Below are positions 1-12,034 of a stretch of DNA of 64,000 bases, piece after piece; position 1 is the first letter of the stretch; each line of letters begins with the position of its first letter. Source of the DNA: Squalus acanthias (lineage: Eukaryota); NCBI GenBank assembly GCA_030390025.1, contig CM059432.1, positions 71,364,001-71,428,000 on the forward strand, given 5' to 3'. The notes under the pieces were generated by a model. The model was not told where the DNA came from and did no database searches. It worked only from the letters and a program-made list of their open reading frames with translations. Position numbers and translations under genes: made by a program.

Positions 1-108
1 CCAGAAGTGGAACTCTGCACCTCCCGGGAGCCCTCAGGTCTTGGCGCAGATTTTTCCAGATTGCAGCCCTCCGCCCGCGGGAGGCCTGCGATCGGAATAT
101 CTGGGCCC
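1..108. mobile_element. Probable right end of a Harbinger-type non-autonomous element (left part outside the window)
   Basis: GC-rich segment ending GAATATCTGGGCCC, resembling the GGGC(C/T).GAT.TT termini of other MITEs here, followed by an abrupt switch to AT-rich DNA. Confidence 0.35.
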
Positions 109-129
109 ATATATGTAAGGCTTCTAGTT

Positions 130-345
130 TTGGACTCCCACACATTTTTTCTACGTCTACCCTATCAAACCATTTCATAATCTTAAAGACCTCTCGGTCT
201 TCTCTTTTCTAAAGTAAAGAGCCGCAGCATGTTCAGTCTTTCCTGAGGTATAACCTCTCAGTTCTGGTATCATCCTTGTACATCATTTTTGCACCTTCTC
301 CAGTTCCTCTGTATACTTTTATAATATGGAGACCAGAACTGTATA
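130..345 (-). mobile_element. Decayed CR1 LINE ORF2 3' fragment
   Basis: Reverse complement resembles the VQFWSP...LEEVQ...IPEL...FSLE...EVFKIM region of the CR1 copies elsewhere in the window. Confidence 0.65.
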
Positions 346-465
346 TAGGGTACATTTTTGTCTTCACCACTTGGGCAGTTGTTGCAATGGAATGAAAATT
401 GAGGGAGATCTATAAAGTGTGGGCACTGGCTCCACTAGATTACCACCCTGTGATATCTTAGTTAT

Positions 466-1058
466 CAAGATAGGCTAAAAGAGTTGGGACTCTCATCTTA
501 GAGAAGTGTAAACTTAGTGGGGATCTGATTGAGGTTTATAGGATAATGAAGGGAATAGATTGTGTTCCAGCTGACAGTTTATTTCAATTAAATAGGTTAG
601 GCAGGACCAGGGGTCACAAATTTAAGTTGTGTAAGGTTAGATCTAGGTTAGATGTCAGGAGATGGTTCTTTTCCCAGAGAACAGTGGACCTCTGGAACAG
701 GCTGCTGTCTCGTGTGGTGGATGTTGATTCACTGAATTCCTTCAAGCGAGAGGTGGGCCAGTTTCTGGCTGGGGCAGAGATCACCTCTTACAGAAGGTAG
801 GTACTGCAGGGAATTCAGGGCCAGAGTGATCTCCTGGACTAGTTTCGATTGCCTAGATGGGTCGGAGAGGAATTTTCCAGATTTTTTTTTCCCAAATTGA
901 CCTGGGTTTTCTATTTTTTTTTGCCCTTCCTAGGACATCACACGGTTTTGGGTGGGGTGGAGTGTATATATCGTGATACACAAGGTATCGCAATTGTGTG
1001 GGACAGGCTCGATGGACCAGATGGTCTTTACCTGTCCGTCATTGTTCGTATGTTTGTA
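466..1058 (+). mobile_element. CR1 LINE 3' end with 3' UTR
   Basis: ORF 546-800 contains RTRGHKFKL...RRWFFSQRTVDLWNRL (CR1 ORF2 C-terminus); ends in a TGTTCGTA-type short repeat tail. Confidence 0.85.
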
Positions 1059-3727
1059 AATAATGGTGATAATCTACCCCAGCAATTTTCATCCCTTTTC
1101 TGCCCATTATAATATTCTGCATTAAAGCACTTGTACTAAAGTCTGCTGGACCTGAACTCTAACTTTTTCATGTTATATTGTACACTATGGTACAGAACAT
1201 TCATTGCAGATACCTCTAATTAGTGCAGACGTGCAGACTGCAGCACTACTGAGGACTGTGTTCTAATGATGGTGGAGTGTATATAATTGCATATTATGTA
1301 GAACAATAGTATGAATTCCAGCTACATCTATCTCAGGTTATAATTTCATAACAAAATAAATGTGGTCTAAGAACAAAATGTTATTCATCCTTCAGTGAAT
1401 GACTGTACAGAAAGAATGAAACAGAAAAGAAAACATCTAATCTCCACCAGACTACCGAAGTAGAAATGTGATTTTGAATTAAAGATTATGGTGTTCTGCA
1501 CATATATAAATGCTATACTCATCAATGCACTGACACCTACATGGTGAATCAGTTGGACAAAGGCATTGTAATGAATTGATGGATTAGAGGTAAAGTTAAG
1601 TTCAGATTTACCATAATTACTGGAAGGTGTTCTGCTTGAAAGCCAAAAATGAAATAGACCCTATTCATGAATATAAAAAGCTAGGAAAAGATTATTAAAA
1701 TTTATTTTCTAGATTTAATGAAAAAGCACAATCAGGGTGCACTTACACTGCAGCTAGTGGTCTGAGACTAGAAGCTGCAGTATCAGTACCTCAGTTATAC
1801 TGCCTGGCACTAATTGAAATCCTCCCGCCAAGGAGAGCTTTCTGAGAAGGTGTTCTTACCAGCGTGTGTACAGTTTCCCTCCCAGCTGCTACATGTTAAA
1901 TATTTTGAATATGCGGTGGGCGTGTCGGTACTTCTAATCATTTAAATCAACTCTGGGCAGGTTTATACAATGCTCAGGAGATGCAATCGACCTTGGCGTA
2001 CTTTCCAAACTAGATTTGACACCATACTGGAGTTACACTCCATTCAGTATCAACCCGGGTGCTCTGATTTTTTGCCTCTCCTAGGAGATTATTGGCCTGC
2101 GCCGGTGGTGGGAGGTGGGGGGATGGTGGTGGCGGGAAGAAGTGTATGGCCATGCTGGTCCAGCCATCATGGTTTTGGGGCAGGCTTAATGGACGAGCTC
2201 GTCATTTCCTGCCCATCAATTTCATATGTTCGTATGAGACTGCCTCCTCCAAGGGTCTCACTGCTTCTCTCTAGTGTAACTTTAGCATCACAGCCAATGG
2301 AAACCGCTTCACAGTGATGCTCATATTGCAGTACAGAATCATTCTCAGATTCCAAGTTCCAATTTTAAATTGAATACCCAAAAGCTTGTAAACATAAAAT
2401 AATCGCTGAAACAACAGAATACGAAGAAAGGAATTCAACTGTATGTAATAACAAAATTAAGAAATCCTGAGTAGCATGAGATGAATTGTTAATAAACTAT
2501 TTTAAACGGACCATGAAGATTTAAATAAAACTACAACATTAATCAACATCTTAGTGATAATTGAAGATATAAGTAGTTCCAGAACAGGAGCTGTCTGTGA
2601 TTGAACAGCTTTTGTCATGCGGAGGGGGTTGGAGAATTACTCTGGAATAGTGACCGTGCAAATGTGTTCATGAAGATTTCCTCTGGTCAGTATTTCTGGC
2701 AAAGCCATAAACATGTTCATAACTAACACATTTATGACTTCACTAGAAATATTGACAAGAGAAAATCCTCATGAATGTGTTTGCAATGTCATTACACATG
2801 GTGACCGGAGTATTCTTCTTCCCCGTCCCTCCCACCCCCACCTCTGGCCTGATATAGGGGGGAGGGTTTACATTAAGAACCCTCACTCTTGATGGAAGCC
2901 ATGCAACATGCCCAAATTTCATGAAACACAATGTAAACTTTCAGAATCGATAATACAATTAAACAAAAGTGAAGAAGGCTTATTTAAAGAAATTGAGAAT
3001 GAATTATGAAACAGTTCTTTACATTCACTCACAAATACCAACAGCACTCCCCAAACAGTTGGTATCACTGAACAATCTGATTTTGGAAACAATCCCATTT
3101 TGACATCTAACAGATGTACTTCACTCTGAGTGATTATGATCTTGTCATTCATACTAGCATCCATTACAGGGTTTGTAAAGTTTCTATGCAAAAAAGCTTT
3201 GTAGTTTCTTTTAAGTCTTAAACCAGAACCGTCATTCCTATTTGCATTGTACCTGATGCTTTCTCTTTAGTGCTGACTTCAAAGCTTTTGTTAGCTGAGT
3301 TCTCAAATACTTTCCTTGCTGAACAAAGTTTTCCCTACAGAGGATGGTAATGGATTTTTTCATCATCAGCTCCCCATTGGCAATACTTTGATGAACTTCT
3401 GCACCTTATTCTTGAATTGCAATTAGTTAAAAAGTTCTATGTGCATGTCTAACCAATAGACATAATCATTTAGGGCCCTTAACATAGCAATCAGCAAGTA
3501 AACATCTTTCTGCCATTCATTTGAATACTTTCAAGAATAGAGGTTACTGCTAGTTGTTAAAACAATTTGAACCAGGTAATATCTGTGCTAATGAGCTAAG
3601 CATATTAGTATCATCAATTGATGGAGTGTAACTAACTTGAATGCTGTACTTGTCTTCATTATCAGATAGTGTGTAGCTAATTCTTCCTGAATTAGATCTG
3701 GTTGTTGCTTTCTGGGATTTGTTTGTG

Positions 3728-3912
3728 GGGGTCATTTGAATCTAACTCGCCTGATGGGAAGGGCATGGGTTCGGATCAGACACCATTTTACACCCTGCCT
3801 GACTTTACGTTCCATTGAGGTCAACGGAGAATAAAATCAGGCGGGGTGTAAAATGAGCGTCCGGCCCAGACACACCCAGTTCCCACCATGCGGATTAGAT
3901 GAAAATTTCCCC
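3728..3912. mobile_element. 185-bp palindromic MITE (Harbinger-like)
   Basis: GTG direct repeats at 3725-3727 and 3913-3915; termini GGGGTCATTTGAATCTAA and TTAGATGAAAATTTCCCC; inverted arms CATTTTACACCCTGCCTGA and TCAGGCGGGGTGTAAAATG around a CCATTGAGGTCAACGG centre. Confidence 0.8.
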
Positions 3913-4985
3913 GTGTTTCAGCAGCAGCAGGTTGATGGGGAAGATGCATAAAGATCCATAACCCGGGGAATTAAGCCAATCAAACCAGCAACATTCAAGG
4001 CATGTGAGAATAGACAACCTTTCGGCCAGGTACCAGATGCTCCTTTCATTCTGATCATGTGGAACAAGAAACCTTAATGGGTTTCAAGCGGAATTAGACA
4101 GGTTCTGGTCAACAAATGGGATTCAGAAATGCACTAAGGGAATACTGTGGATAGGTGAGCTAGACGGACAGACGGTCTTCTCCTGCCTGAAACTGTTACT
4201 ACTGTAAACTGTTTGTTTATTTTTCAGTGTGCTGCTTTTCCACATTTTGAAGATCAGGATCTAATACATCCATAGCAGGCCAATCTGCAGTGTTGTAATT
4301 TTTATACACCGCTCCAATTATTTGGAACACTTTTCCATTAAATACAAAACAATTGAAATCAATAAACGCATTTGAACAAAATGCCATATAGTAACTAAAG
4401 GAGCAGCTCCACTCTAACAACTGTTTCAGTTATTGATTCACATAAACAAATATTTATGTCAATCAATAAATAGGCTGGTTTATCATCAGTGTAAGACCTT
4501 AAAATTACATGGAAAAAGAAAGTGATTGATTATAATATAGAAATATAGAATTTGCGTAATACAACCATCAGTGCTCTCAAATGATTGAAACCCTGCAAGG
4601 TTACTGCGGAATTGCTTTTGATTTCCAACCGTGCTCTGCAGATTTTTCTTTGCTGCTATTTTGAACATTCAGAATTGTTGGTTCTAAGCGACTTTTTTAT
4701 GGTCCAGGATTGCGTTTGGTATAAATAAAATGTCGCTGAGCATCCATAAGCCCATTCCACCACCTATGGCAGAGTAGGAATCGCACCTCACTGTTAACCC
4801 GGGAATCTCTACCCAAGCAGAATTTTCAGAGTCAAGCAATTTGCATAACACAGGTGGGCAATATCAGAGCCAGCTACAGAAAGAGGCAGCAAAAGGTGGC
4901 ACTTGTCAGTCGCTTGAAGATGAAGCTGGTAAAACCAGCTTTAAAGATTTGGGCAAATTTGAAATCATCCCTCTTTACATGAGGA

Positions 4986-5083
4986 ACAAAAGCAAAATAC
5001 TGCGGATGCTGGAAGTCTGAAATAAAAACAGAAAATGCTGGAAACACTCAGCAAATCAGGCAGCATCTGTGAAAAAAGAAACA
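4986..5083 (-). mobile_element. Penelope-like element terminal fragment
   Basis: Closely matches 59548-59645, the end of the GIY-YIG-bearing element at 59541-60378. Confidence 0.75.
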
Positions 5084-5549
5084 AAATTCAGCAGGAGGCA
5101 GGGAGAGTGCAGGTGAGACCGAAAACGGCCGAAGAACCCGGGGGACTCAGAGGTCCTGTTGATCTTAATGGTAGGACTTCATTAACATTTTGTAGGTCCG
5201 TTCCTCCCCACCCCCCCCACACAGCCTGCCATTGGGGATGGTTCCCGGCAATCGGGAGGGAGGAGAGGCCCGCGATTAGGAGGACTGGGGAGAGGACAGT
5301 AATCGGGGCTAGGGGAGGCTGAACTAGGGGAGGCTGAAGGGTTCCTTGAGGGGCTGGGGGGAGCAGTCCTGCTCTTCATGGCCCACAGAGAGTACTGAAA
5401 GAGGCACTTACTTTTGTGAGCCGGCAGCTCCTGCCTCCCTTTCACTGCTAACTTTCCCGACCCCTGAGAAACCTGTGCAGCAGTAGTAAATTTCAAATCA
5501 GGCTCCCAATTGCACAGACCCAACTGTTGCTTCTTTAAACTAGTAAATG

Positions 5550-6988
5550 GGGGGAGGGAAATCCCAAGGAAACTAATATTGAATCAGGGACAGGTACTGA
5601 ATAAAATTCACGTAAATTCAGAAAATAATGGCACTAAAGAGTGACAAATCCCCAGGACCAGATGGTTTCCATTCCAGGGATTTAAAGGAAGTAGGTGAGC
5701 ACATTGCAGATGCCCCAACTATAATCTTCCAAAGTTCTCTCGATTCAGGAACCATTCCTTTAAATTGGAAAATTGTGCATGTCACTCCGCTATTTAAAAA
5801 TGGTGAGCGAGGGAAACCAGGGAATTATAGACCAGTTAGTCTAACATCTGTTGTCGGGAAATTGCTAGAGTCTATAATTAAGGATAGGGTGAGCGGCAGG
5901 AGACAGAGAGTAGGGATAATGGGTAGGTACTCAAATTGGCAGGATGTGACTAGTGGTGTCCCGCAGGGATCTGTGTTGGGGCCTCAACTATTCACAATAT
6001 TTATTAAATACTTAGACGATGGCATAGAAAGTGATATATCCAAATTTGCCAATGACACAAAGATAGGCGGCATTGTAGGCAACGTAGATGAAAGCATAAA
6101 ATTACAAAGGGATATTGACATATTAAGTGAATAGGCAAAACTGTGGCAAATGGATTTCAATGTAAGCAAATGTAAGGTCATCCACTTTGGACCTAAAAAG
6201 GAGAGAACAGGGTCATTTCTAAATGGTAAAAAGCTAAGAACAGTGGATGTCCAAAGAGACTTGAGGGTCCAGGTACATAGCTCATTAAAATGTCATGAAC
6301 AGGTACAGAAAATAATCAAAAAGGCTAGTGGAATGCTGGCCTTTATTCTAGAGGACTAGAATACAAGGGGGTAGAAGTTGTGCTGCAGCTATACAAAGCC
6401 CTGGTTAGACCACACCTGGAATACTGTGAGTAGTTCTGAGCACCACACCTTAGGAAGGATATATTGGTCTTGGAGGGAGTGCAGCGTAGGTTTACCAGAA
6501 TGATACTTGGACTTCAAGGGTTAAGTTACGAGGAGAGATTACACAAATTAGAGTTGTATTCCCTAGAATTTTGAAGGTTAAGGGGTGATCTGATTGAAGT
6601 TTTCAAGATATTAAGGGGAACTAATAGGGTAGATAGAGAGAAACTATTTCCGCTGGTTGGAGATTCTAGGACTAGGGGGCATAGTCTAAAAATTAGAGCC
6701 AGACCTTTCAGGAGTGAAATCTGGAAACACTTCTACACACAAAGGGTGGTAGGAGTTTGGAACTCTCTTCTGCAAATGGCAATTGATGCTAGATAAATTG
6801 TTAATTTTAAATCTGAGATTGATAGCTTTTTGTTAACCAAAGGTATTAAGGGATATGGGCCAAAGGCGGGTATATGGAGGCGGGTATATAGGTCGCAGAT
6901 CAGCCATGATCTCATTGAATGGCAGAACAGGCTCGAGGGGCTGAATGGCCTACTCCTGTTCCTATGTTCCTATGTTCCTATGTTCTTG
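5550..6988 (+). mobile_element. 5'-truncated CR1 LINE (RT pseudogene, internal deletion)
   Basis: KSPGPDG, NYRPVSLTS and VPQGSVLGP motifs; stops and frameshifts; (TATGTTCC)n 3' tail. Confidence 0.95.
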
Positions 6989-7188
6989 TGGTAGGGCAGC
7001 CTGCTGCTGCTGCTGTTGCTCCTCTTCCTCCTTGCGATGCAACCAAATTAAAAGTTACAAGAAAGGCACCCATCATAAGTTGCGTGCTTATTGAGGGTGC
7101 GTTAGCTAGCCGGCTGGCTAGATTCAAATGAAGACCAGCAGTTAAAATAGCCTCAAAGTGATGAGGTCGGATGGGTTTGACACACATC

Positions 7189-7439
7189 GGGCTGGATTTT
7201 GTCTTGGGGTCAGGTTGGGGTCGTGTTAGCCACATTTTGTGTTTCCCCCCCCCCCGACTCCAGATTAATGTGGATGAATGATGCAATTTTCACTTAATTG
7301 GGTAATTGAGTTCCAGCATGTGGGAACCCATGAACCAATTAGTGGTTTCAGTCTGAAAGTCGCCTCTGATGATGTCATCATTGCAGGTCAGAGACCGTCT
7401 GCCTGGTCTCAGAGACTGCCTGGCTTTTGGTGTGAGAGG

Positions 7440-7479
<40 letters not shown>

Positions 7480-7905
7480 CAATCCATAAGGCCAGGCAGT
7501 CTGTGAAGACAATGCAGCAGCATCAGAGGCCACTTTCACACACACAATACTACTACTCCCTTCATCACATCTCCGTTGTAATAGTGGACCTGCAGCTGAT
7601 AGTCAGCTATCCACTTGTGCTCCCACCAGGTTTCACTGGCGTGTTTCACATCAGGCGTACTTCACGTCAGAAAAGGGTTAAACTAGCTAAAACGTTTCAA
7701 AATGGCATTACAGAGCCAATTTAGAGCTTGTTAAGGGCTTTAATGGCCTCTCCCGCCTCTTGGAGGCGGGACGGAGTCGGGAACTCCGCGACCGGTTTTG
7801 TCAAAATTGCGTGGAGGCGGGATGGGGTTGGGACCCCTGACCCCACAACTTTAACCCCCCACACGCCTCCAAACCCGACTCCACAGGTCATTGAAAATCC
7901 AGCCC
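7189..7905. mobile_element. Harbinger MITE, family 2 (relative of 24642-27934)
   Basis: TIR GGGCTGGATTTT...AAAATCCAGCCC; flanks ATC/ATT; both ends align in reverse orientation to the ends of 24642-27934 and directly to 38414-39067. Confidence 0.9.
7443..7475. repeat. (GA)n microsatellite inside the MITE
   Basis: Uninterrupted GA run. Confidence 0.95.
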
Positions 7906-8307
7906 ATTGTCTCCGCCACCCCTAAAACCAGTTCCCAATTAAAATCCCCCTCCCCCTACAAGAGAGAGAGACTGAGGTCAGAGATAGTGAGAGAGAGGAG
8001 TAGAGAGAAAGAATCTTCATGTTAAAGTTATTTATTTTTAAAAATCAGTTGAATTTCAAAGCCAACTAATGATCTCTACCTGTGTGTTATTAGAAACAGT
8101 CAATGCCAATCCCTTACACTTGAGACAGCTATTCTAATTGGGAACACCTATGAGAGAGAGAAAGGCAGACAGTGCAATTCCTCATTCTGTCTGTGATCTT
8201 TAAAAAAAAAACAATTGAATTGAATTTTCAAAGCAAACAGTGCCTTTTTTGAGCAAAATTGAGAGGTCGCACAACACCAGGTTATAGTCCAACAGTTTTA
8301 TTTGAAA

Positions 8308-8350
8308 TCACAAGCTTTCGGAGCTATCGATTTGCTCCTTCCTCAGGTGA
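8308..8350 (-). ncRNA. Minimal type I hammerhead ribozyme motif in the Penelope 3' terminal repeat
   Basis: UCAC-CUGAGGA-A-GGAGC-loop-GCUCC-GAAA-GCUU-GUGA: 4-bp stem I, 5-bp stem II, catalytic core boxes, palindromic stem III region. Confidence 0.8.
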
Positions 8351-8682
8351 AGTAAATTAGATACAGAATCTCCAAAGCATATATAGATGGAAAACAAAGC
8401 ATGTGTATTTTACAATTGCAGACCAATAAATTAAATCATCCTGACTATCTGCCGAGGTGTGATAAAGTTAATTAAGTCAGCCAGGAAGGTACCACATCAA
8501 AGACATAGCAAGATACAACTGAGACAATGAGGTGTAGTCGCAGGGGTTCTAACGTGTCAAAAGCTGCCGTCTGTATGTAAAACGAAAAGCTTTAAAATTT
8601 TTTTACTTTTTTACTGGGAAAATTTTTACTTTTTTACTGGGAATCACATCTGTGAACAAGCTAACGATGACTCGAGTCCGGA

Positions 8683-9432
8683 TCACGTCATGTATCGTGA
8701 CATAAACCCAAGATCCCGATTGAGACCGTCTTCATGAGTGCGGAACTTGGCTATCAGTTTCTGCTCGATGATTTTGCGTTGTCGTGTGTTTCTAAGGTTG
8801 CCTTGGAGAACGCTTACCCGCAGATCCGAGGCTGAATGTCCTTGACTGCTGAAGTGTTCCCCGACTGGGAGGTAACAATCCTGCCTGACGATTGTTGCGC
8901 GGTGCTCGTTCATACGTTGTCTCAGTGTCTGCATGGTCTCGCCGATGTACCATGCCGCGGTGCATTCTTTCCTGCAACGTATGAGGTAGACAACGTTGGC
9001 CGAGTCACATGAGTATGTACCATGTACCTGGTGGGTAGTGTCCTCACGTGTGATGGTGGTATCTGTGTTGATGATCTGGCATGTCTTGCAGAGTTTGCCA
9101 TGGCAGGGTTGTGTGGTGTCGTGGTCGCTGTTATCCTGAAAGCTGGGTAATTTGCTGCGAACGATGGTACTTCTGAGGTTAGGCGGCTGTTTGAAGGCAA
9201 GTAGTGGAGGCGTGGGGATGGCCTTAGCGAGGTGTTTGTCGTCATCGATGACATGTTGAAGGCTGCGAAGAACATGGCGTAGTTTCTCCGCTCCGGGGAA
9301 GTACTGGACGACGTAGGGTACCCTGTTGGTTGTGTCCCGTGTTTGCCTTCTGAGGAGGTCTATGCGATTTTTCGCTGTGGCCCGTCGGAACTGTCGATCG
9401 ATGAGTCGAGCGTCATATCCCGTTCTTACGAG
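8683..9432 (-). pseudogene. Penelope ORF C-terminal part (linker and GIY-YIG endonuclease), about 250 codons without stops
   Basis: PCHGKLCKTC, NVVYLIRC...WYIGET...LRQRMNEHR, VGEHF, EQKLI...GLN motifs; the N-terminal ~60 aa of the track ORF lie outside the element. Confidence 0.9.
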
Positions 9433-10955
9433 CAAACCAGATAGGAAAGGAGGGGAGAAGTGAAGGGAACTGGTTGAGAGTGAAGCGGCTTCTTGCTGTC
9501 CACCCTTGGAGGAAGTGATGGGAGAGGGGGAGAGTGGTTTGAGGGTTAAGGATGAGGTGAGAGGCAGTGGAGCGGGGGCACAGGAGGATACAGGGTAGAG
9601 CGGATAGTTCAAAGGGGAAGAGGTAAGGGATGTGATGGGAGTGAGGAGATGGTAGGAAGGGAAGGAGATAGTGCAAAGGGAAGAAGGTTAGGAGTGAGGG
9701 CACAGGGAGAAACATGAGTGATTGGGGGAGGCGATAGAAAAGGACCGGCTGAGGGCCACATTTTCCCTGAAATCCCAGCCCAAATGCAGCCTGCAGCTGT
9801 TGGTGCTCCTTTCCCCAGCATACTTCACCATAACACCCACTACCTCCACCGGAAAGGAAAGAAAAGAAAAAAAAGAGCTGAGTGAAAGTGGGCAGAGAGA
9901 GAGAAGAAAAAAGAGTGAGGGAGACAGAAGAGAAGAGAAAGACAGAGACAGAAGCAGAAGAGGGGAGATGAGGGATTGATTTTAATTCCGGGCGGGTTTC
10001 AGGCTGGCGGGAGTGGAAAATGTGTGAAACGCACTCACTGGAGAAAATTTGAACTCTTGGGCTTGATTAACTGGTCCACTGTGGCTGCTGGTCTGCAGAA
10101 AATTGGGTGGCCATCCAGAGCTTGAGTAAAAATAACAGTCGGCAGGGTCAGGGCAGCTTTCCTGAACATAAGTAACCCGGGGCATTTTAACTGCTCACCT
10201 ACCAGGTGGGTACAGCTAAAATAGCTCAGTGAGACAGAAGTAGCAGAGGGACAGCTAAGAGAGAGACTATATTCTGCAAATTACCTTATGCAACACCACA
10301 GGTGATTGGCTTGTAAAGAAAAGAATGTGCACATAAAGCAAATCGTGATGCAGAAGAGTTTACAATATTACTGTCAGCACATACAGCACTCTGCTTGTTA
10401 CCAGTTTCAAGAAAGGCAAAAAGATCAGTCATTTTAGAGTTACAAAACTGTTTCAACTTCCAGAAAAGCAATTTGTGAATGCTTTCGGCAGTAAAACATA
10501 AATGCTTGCCTGCAGTCACTTGTTTCATAAAATTCAGTGGATACTTATCCTGTTTATATTCCTTTTAGTACTGTGTATTACTCAGCACTCAAAGGCAAGT
10601 CAAGATGACACTGGTGTAAGTGTTTGGGGATGTCACATTGGCACCAGTAGGGTTGTTCTTCTGAAATTGACCAACATTATTGGGCCAGTGTAGAAGGAGC
10701 TTTATCTTTTGTGTAATCCATGCAATGTCTAACCTAGGAAAGCTACATATTTACTCAGGTGGAGTAGAAGAGTGTTCCATTCCCCAGCATTGCCATCTCT
10801 TAGCCTGATGAGGACAAAATTCTCAGCCAGCAGTGAGGAAATCTTCATCCAATCAGACTTGACTGGGTTCAAAGTTTGACCCCAAAGTCAAAGGATAGTG
10901 TGCTAACTTACTGTACCATCCTGCTCCTGTCAGCATGATTATTATTATTTTCAAT

Positions 10956-11728
10956 GGGGGAAAAATTCAGCTGCTTGCGCCTCCCGTTAGCGCCTTAAGA
11001 GGGCGCTAATGGGGCGTAAAGCAGCTAACGCCCGGGCGCAGCGCCGCCCACGCCTCCCGAAAAATTTAGTGGGAGGTTAGCGGCGGCGGCAGCCGGTAGC
11101 GCCCTGTGGCGCTGCGCCGCCGGCGATGACGTCATCGCCGTGCGCAGCACCCCGCTCGCGCCCCGGCCGTGAACTTCAGTCGCGCCCCCTGATTTACCGC
11201 CAGACGCGATGTCCGACGGGTTCAGGGAGGCGTACGTGCGGCCAGGGCGGCGATATTTAAAGGGGAGGTGGCAGGCGGCCATTTTTGTTGCTGGCCGCCT
11301 GCCAGCACCTGCCCCCGTTGCTGTCCCCGGCCCCCGTGAAGCCCCCCCACCGTGAAGTGCCGGCTGCGCTCCAAGAGCCCGGCACTTCTCTTGAGTGCCG
11401 GGCTCTTTTGCCGGCACTCCCGATCCCTGGGGGCCCAGCTGGGCCCCGGTTCGCGCTGCGCAGGGTCCCTCCCCTTTAAGAAGGGGAGGAAGGCCTGCAA
11501 TACCGCGGCGCGACGTGCCGCAGCGCGTGGCGCTGCGGCACGTAGCGGCAGGATATTCACTCGCAGCGCCCCAAGAGGGATGCGGGGTGCTTCCAGTGGC
11601 GCCCCGCTTCCCTCTTGGGGCGCAACCACTGAAGTTCTGGCGCGGGGCCGCTAATTTTTTCGGGGCGCTAAAAGTCGCGCCCCGGCGAGGTTAGCGCCCC
11701 AAATGGGGCGCGACTCAATTTTTACCCC
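10956..11728. mobile_element. 773-bp Harbinger MITE, family 1 (shares ends with 32507-36675)
   Basis: AAT TSD on both sides; TIR GGGGGAAAAATT...AATTTTTACCCC; the first ~85 bp nearly match the reverse complement of the right end of 32507-36675; CpG-rich. Confidence 0.95.
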
Positions 11729-12034
11729 AATATCTTTATCTGTCCAACAATGTCCGTACCAAGGATGGTTGAGGAATTTTTGGGACTCTTCCTGGATATC
11801 ATGTGCATCTGTAAAATTCCTATTAAAACAGCTGGCCCCAAACTAATGAGGAACTAGACAAATACTAATAATACATAAAATTTGCCATATTTCTAATTTC
11901 AAACTGTCTGAAATAAAATGTATATCCTAGAGTGAGTCATATGGCATCTTCATATCACTTCAATTATGCAATTGTGTATCTTGAGCTTCTATGCACAAAA
12001 TTAGAATCTTTTTTTCTCAACAAAGAAACTTATT

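Larger units (their letters stand above)
8252..9432 (-). mobile_element. 5'-truncated Penelope-like retroelement
   Basis: GIY-YIG ORF plus a 3' region homologous to 51365-51864; ends ...GGACTATAACCTGGTGTTGTGCGAC. Confidence 0.92.

Noticed and set aside
11025..11694. Cluster of overlapping GC-rich ORFs or a CpG-island promoter
   Set aside because: Entirely inside a TIR/TSD-bounded MITE; the ORFs reflect stop-poor GC content (same at 55393-55980)
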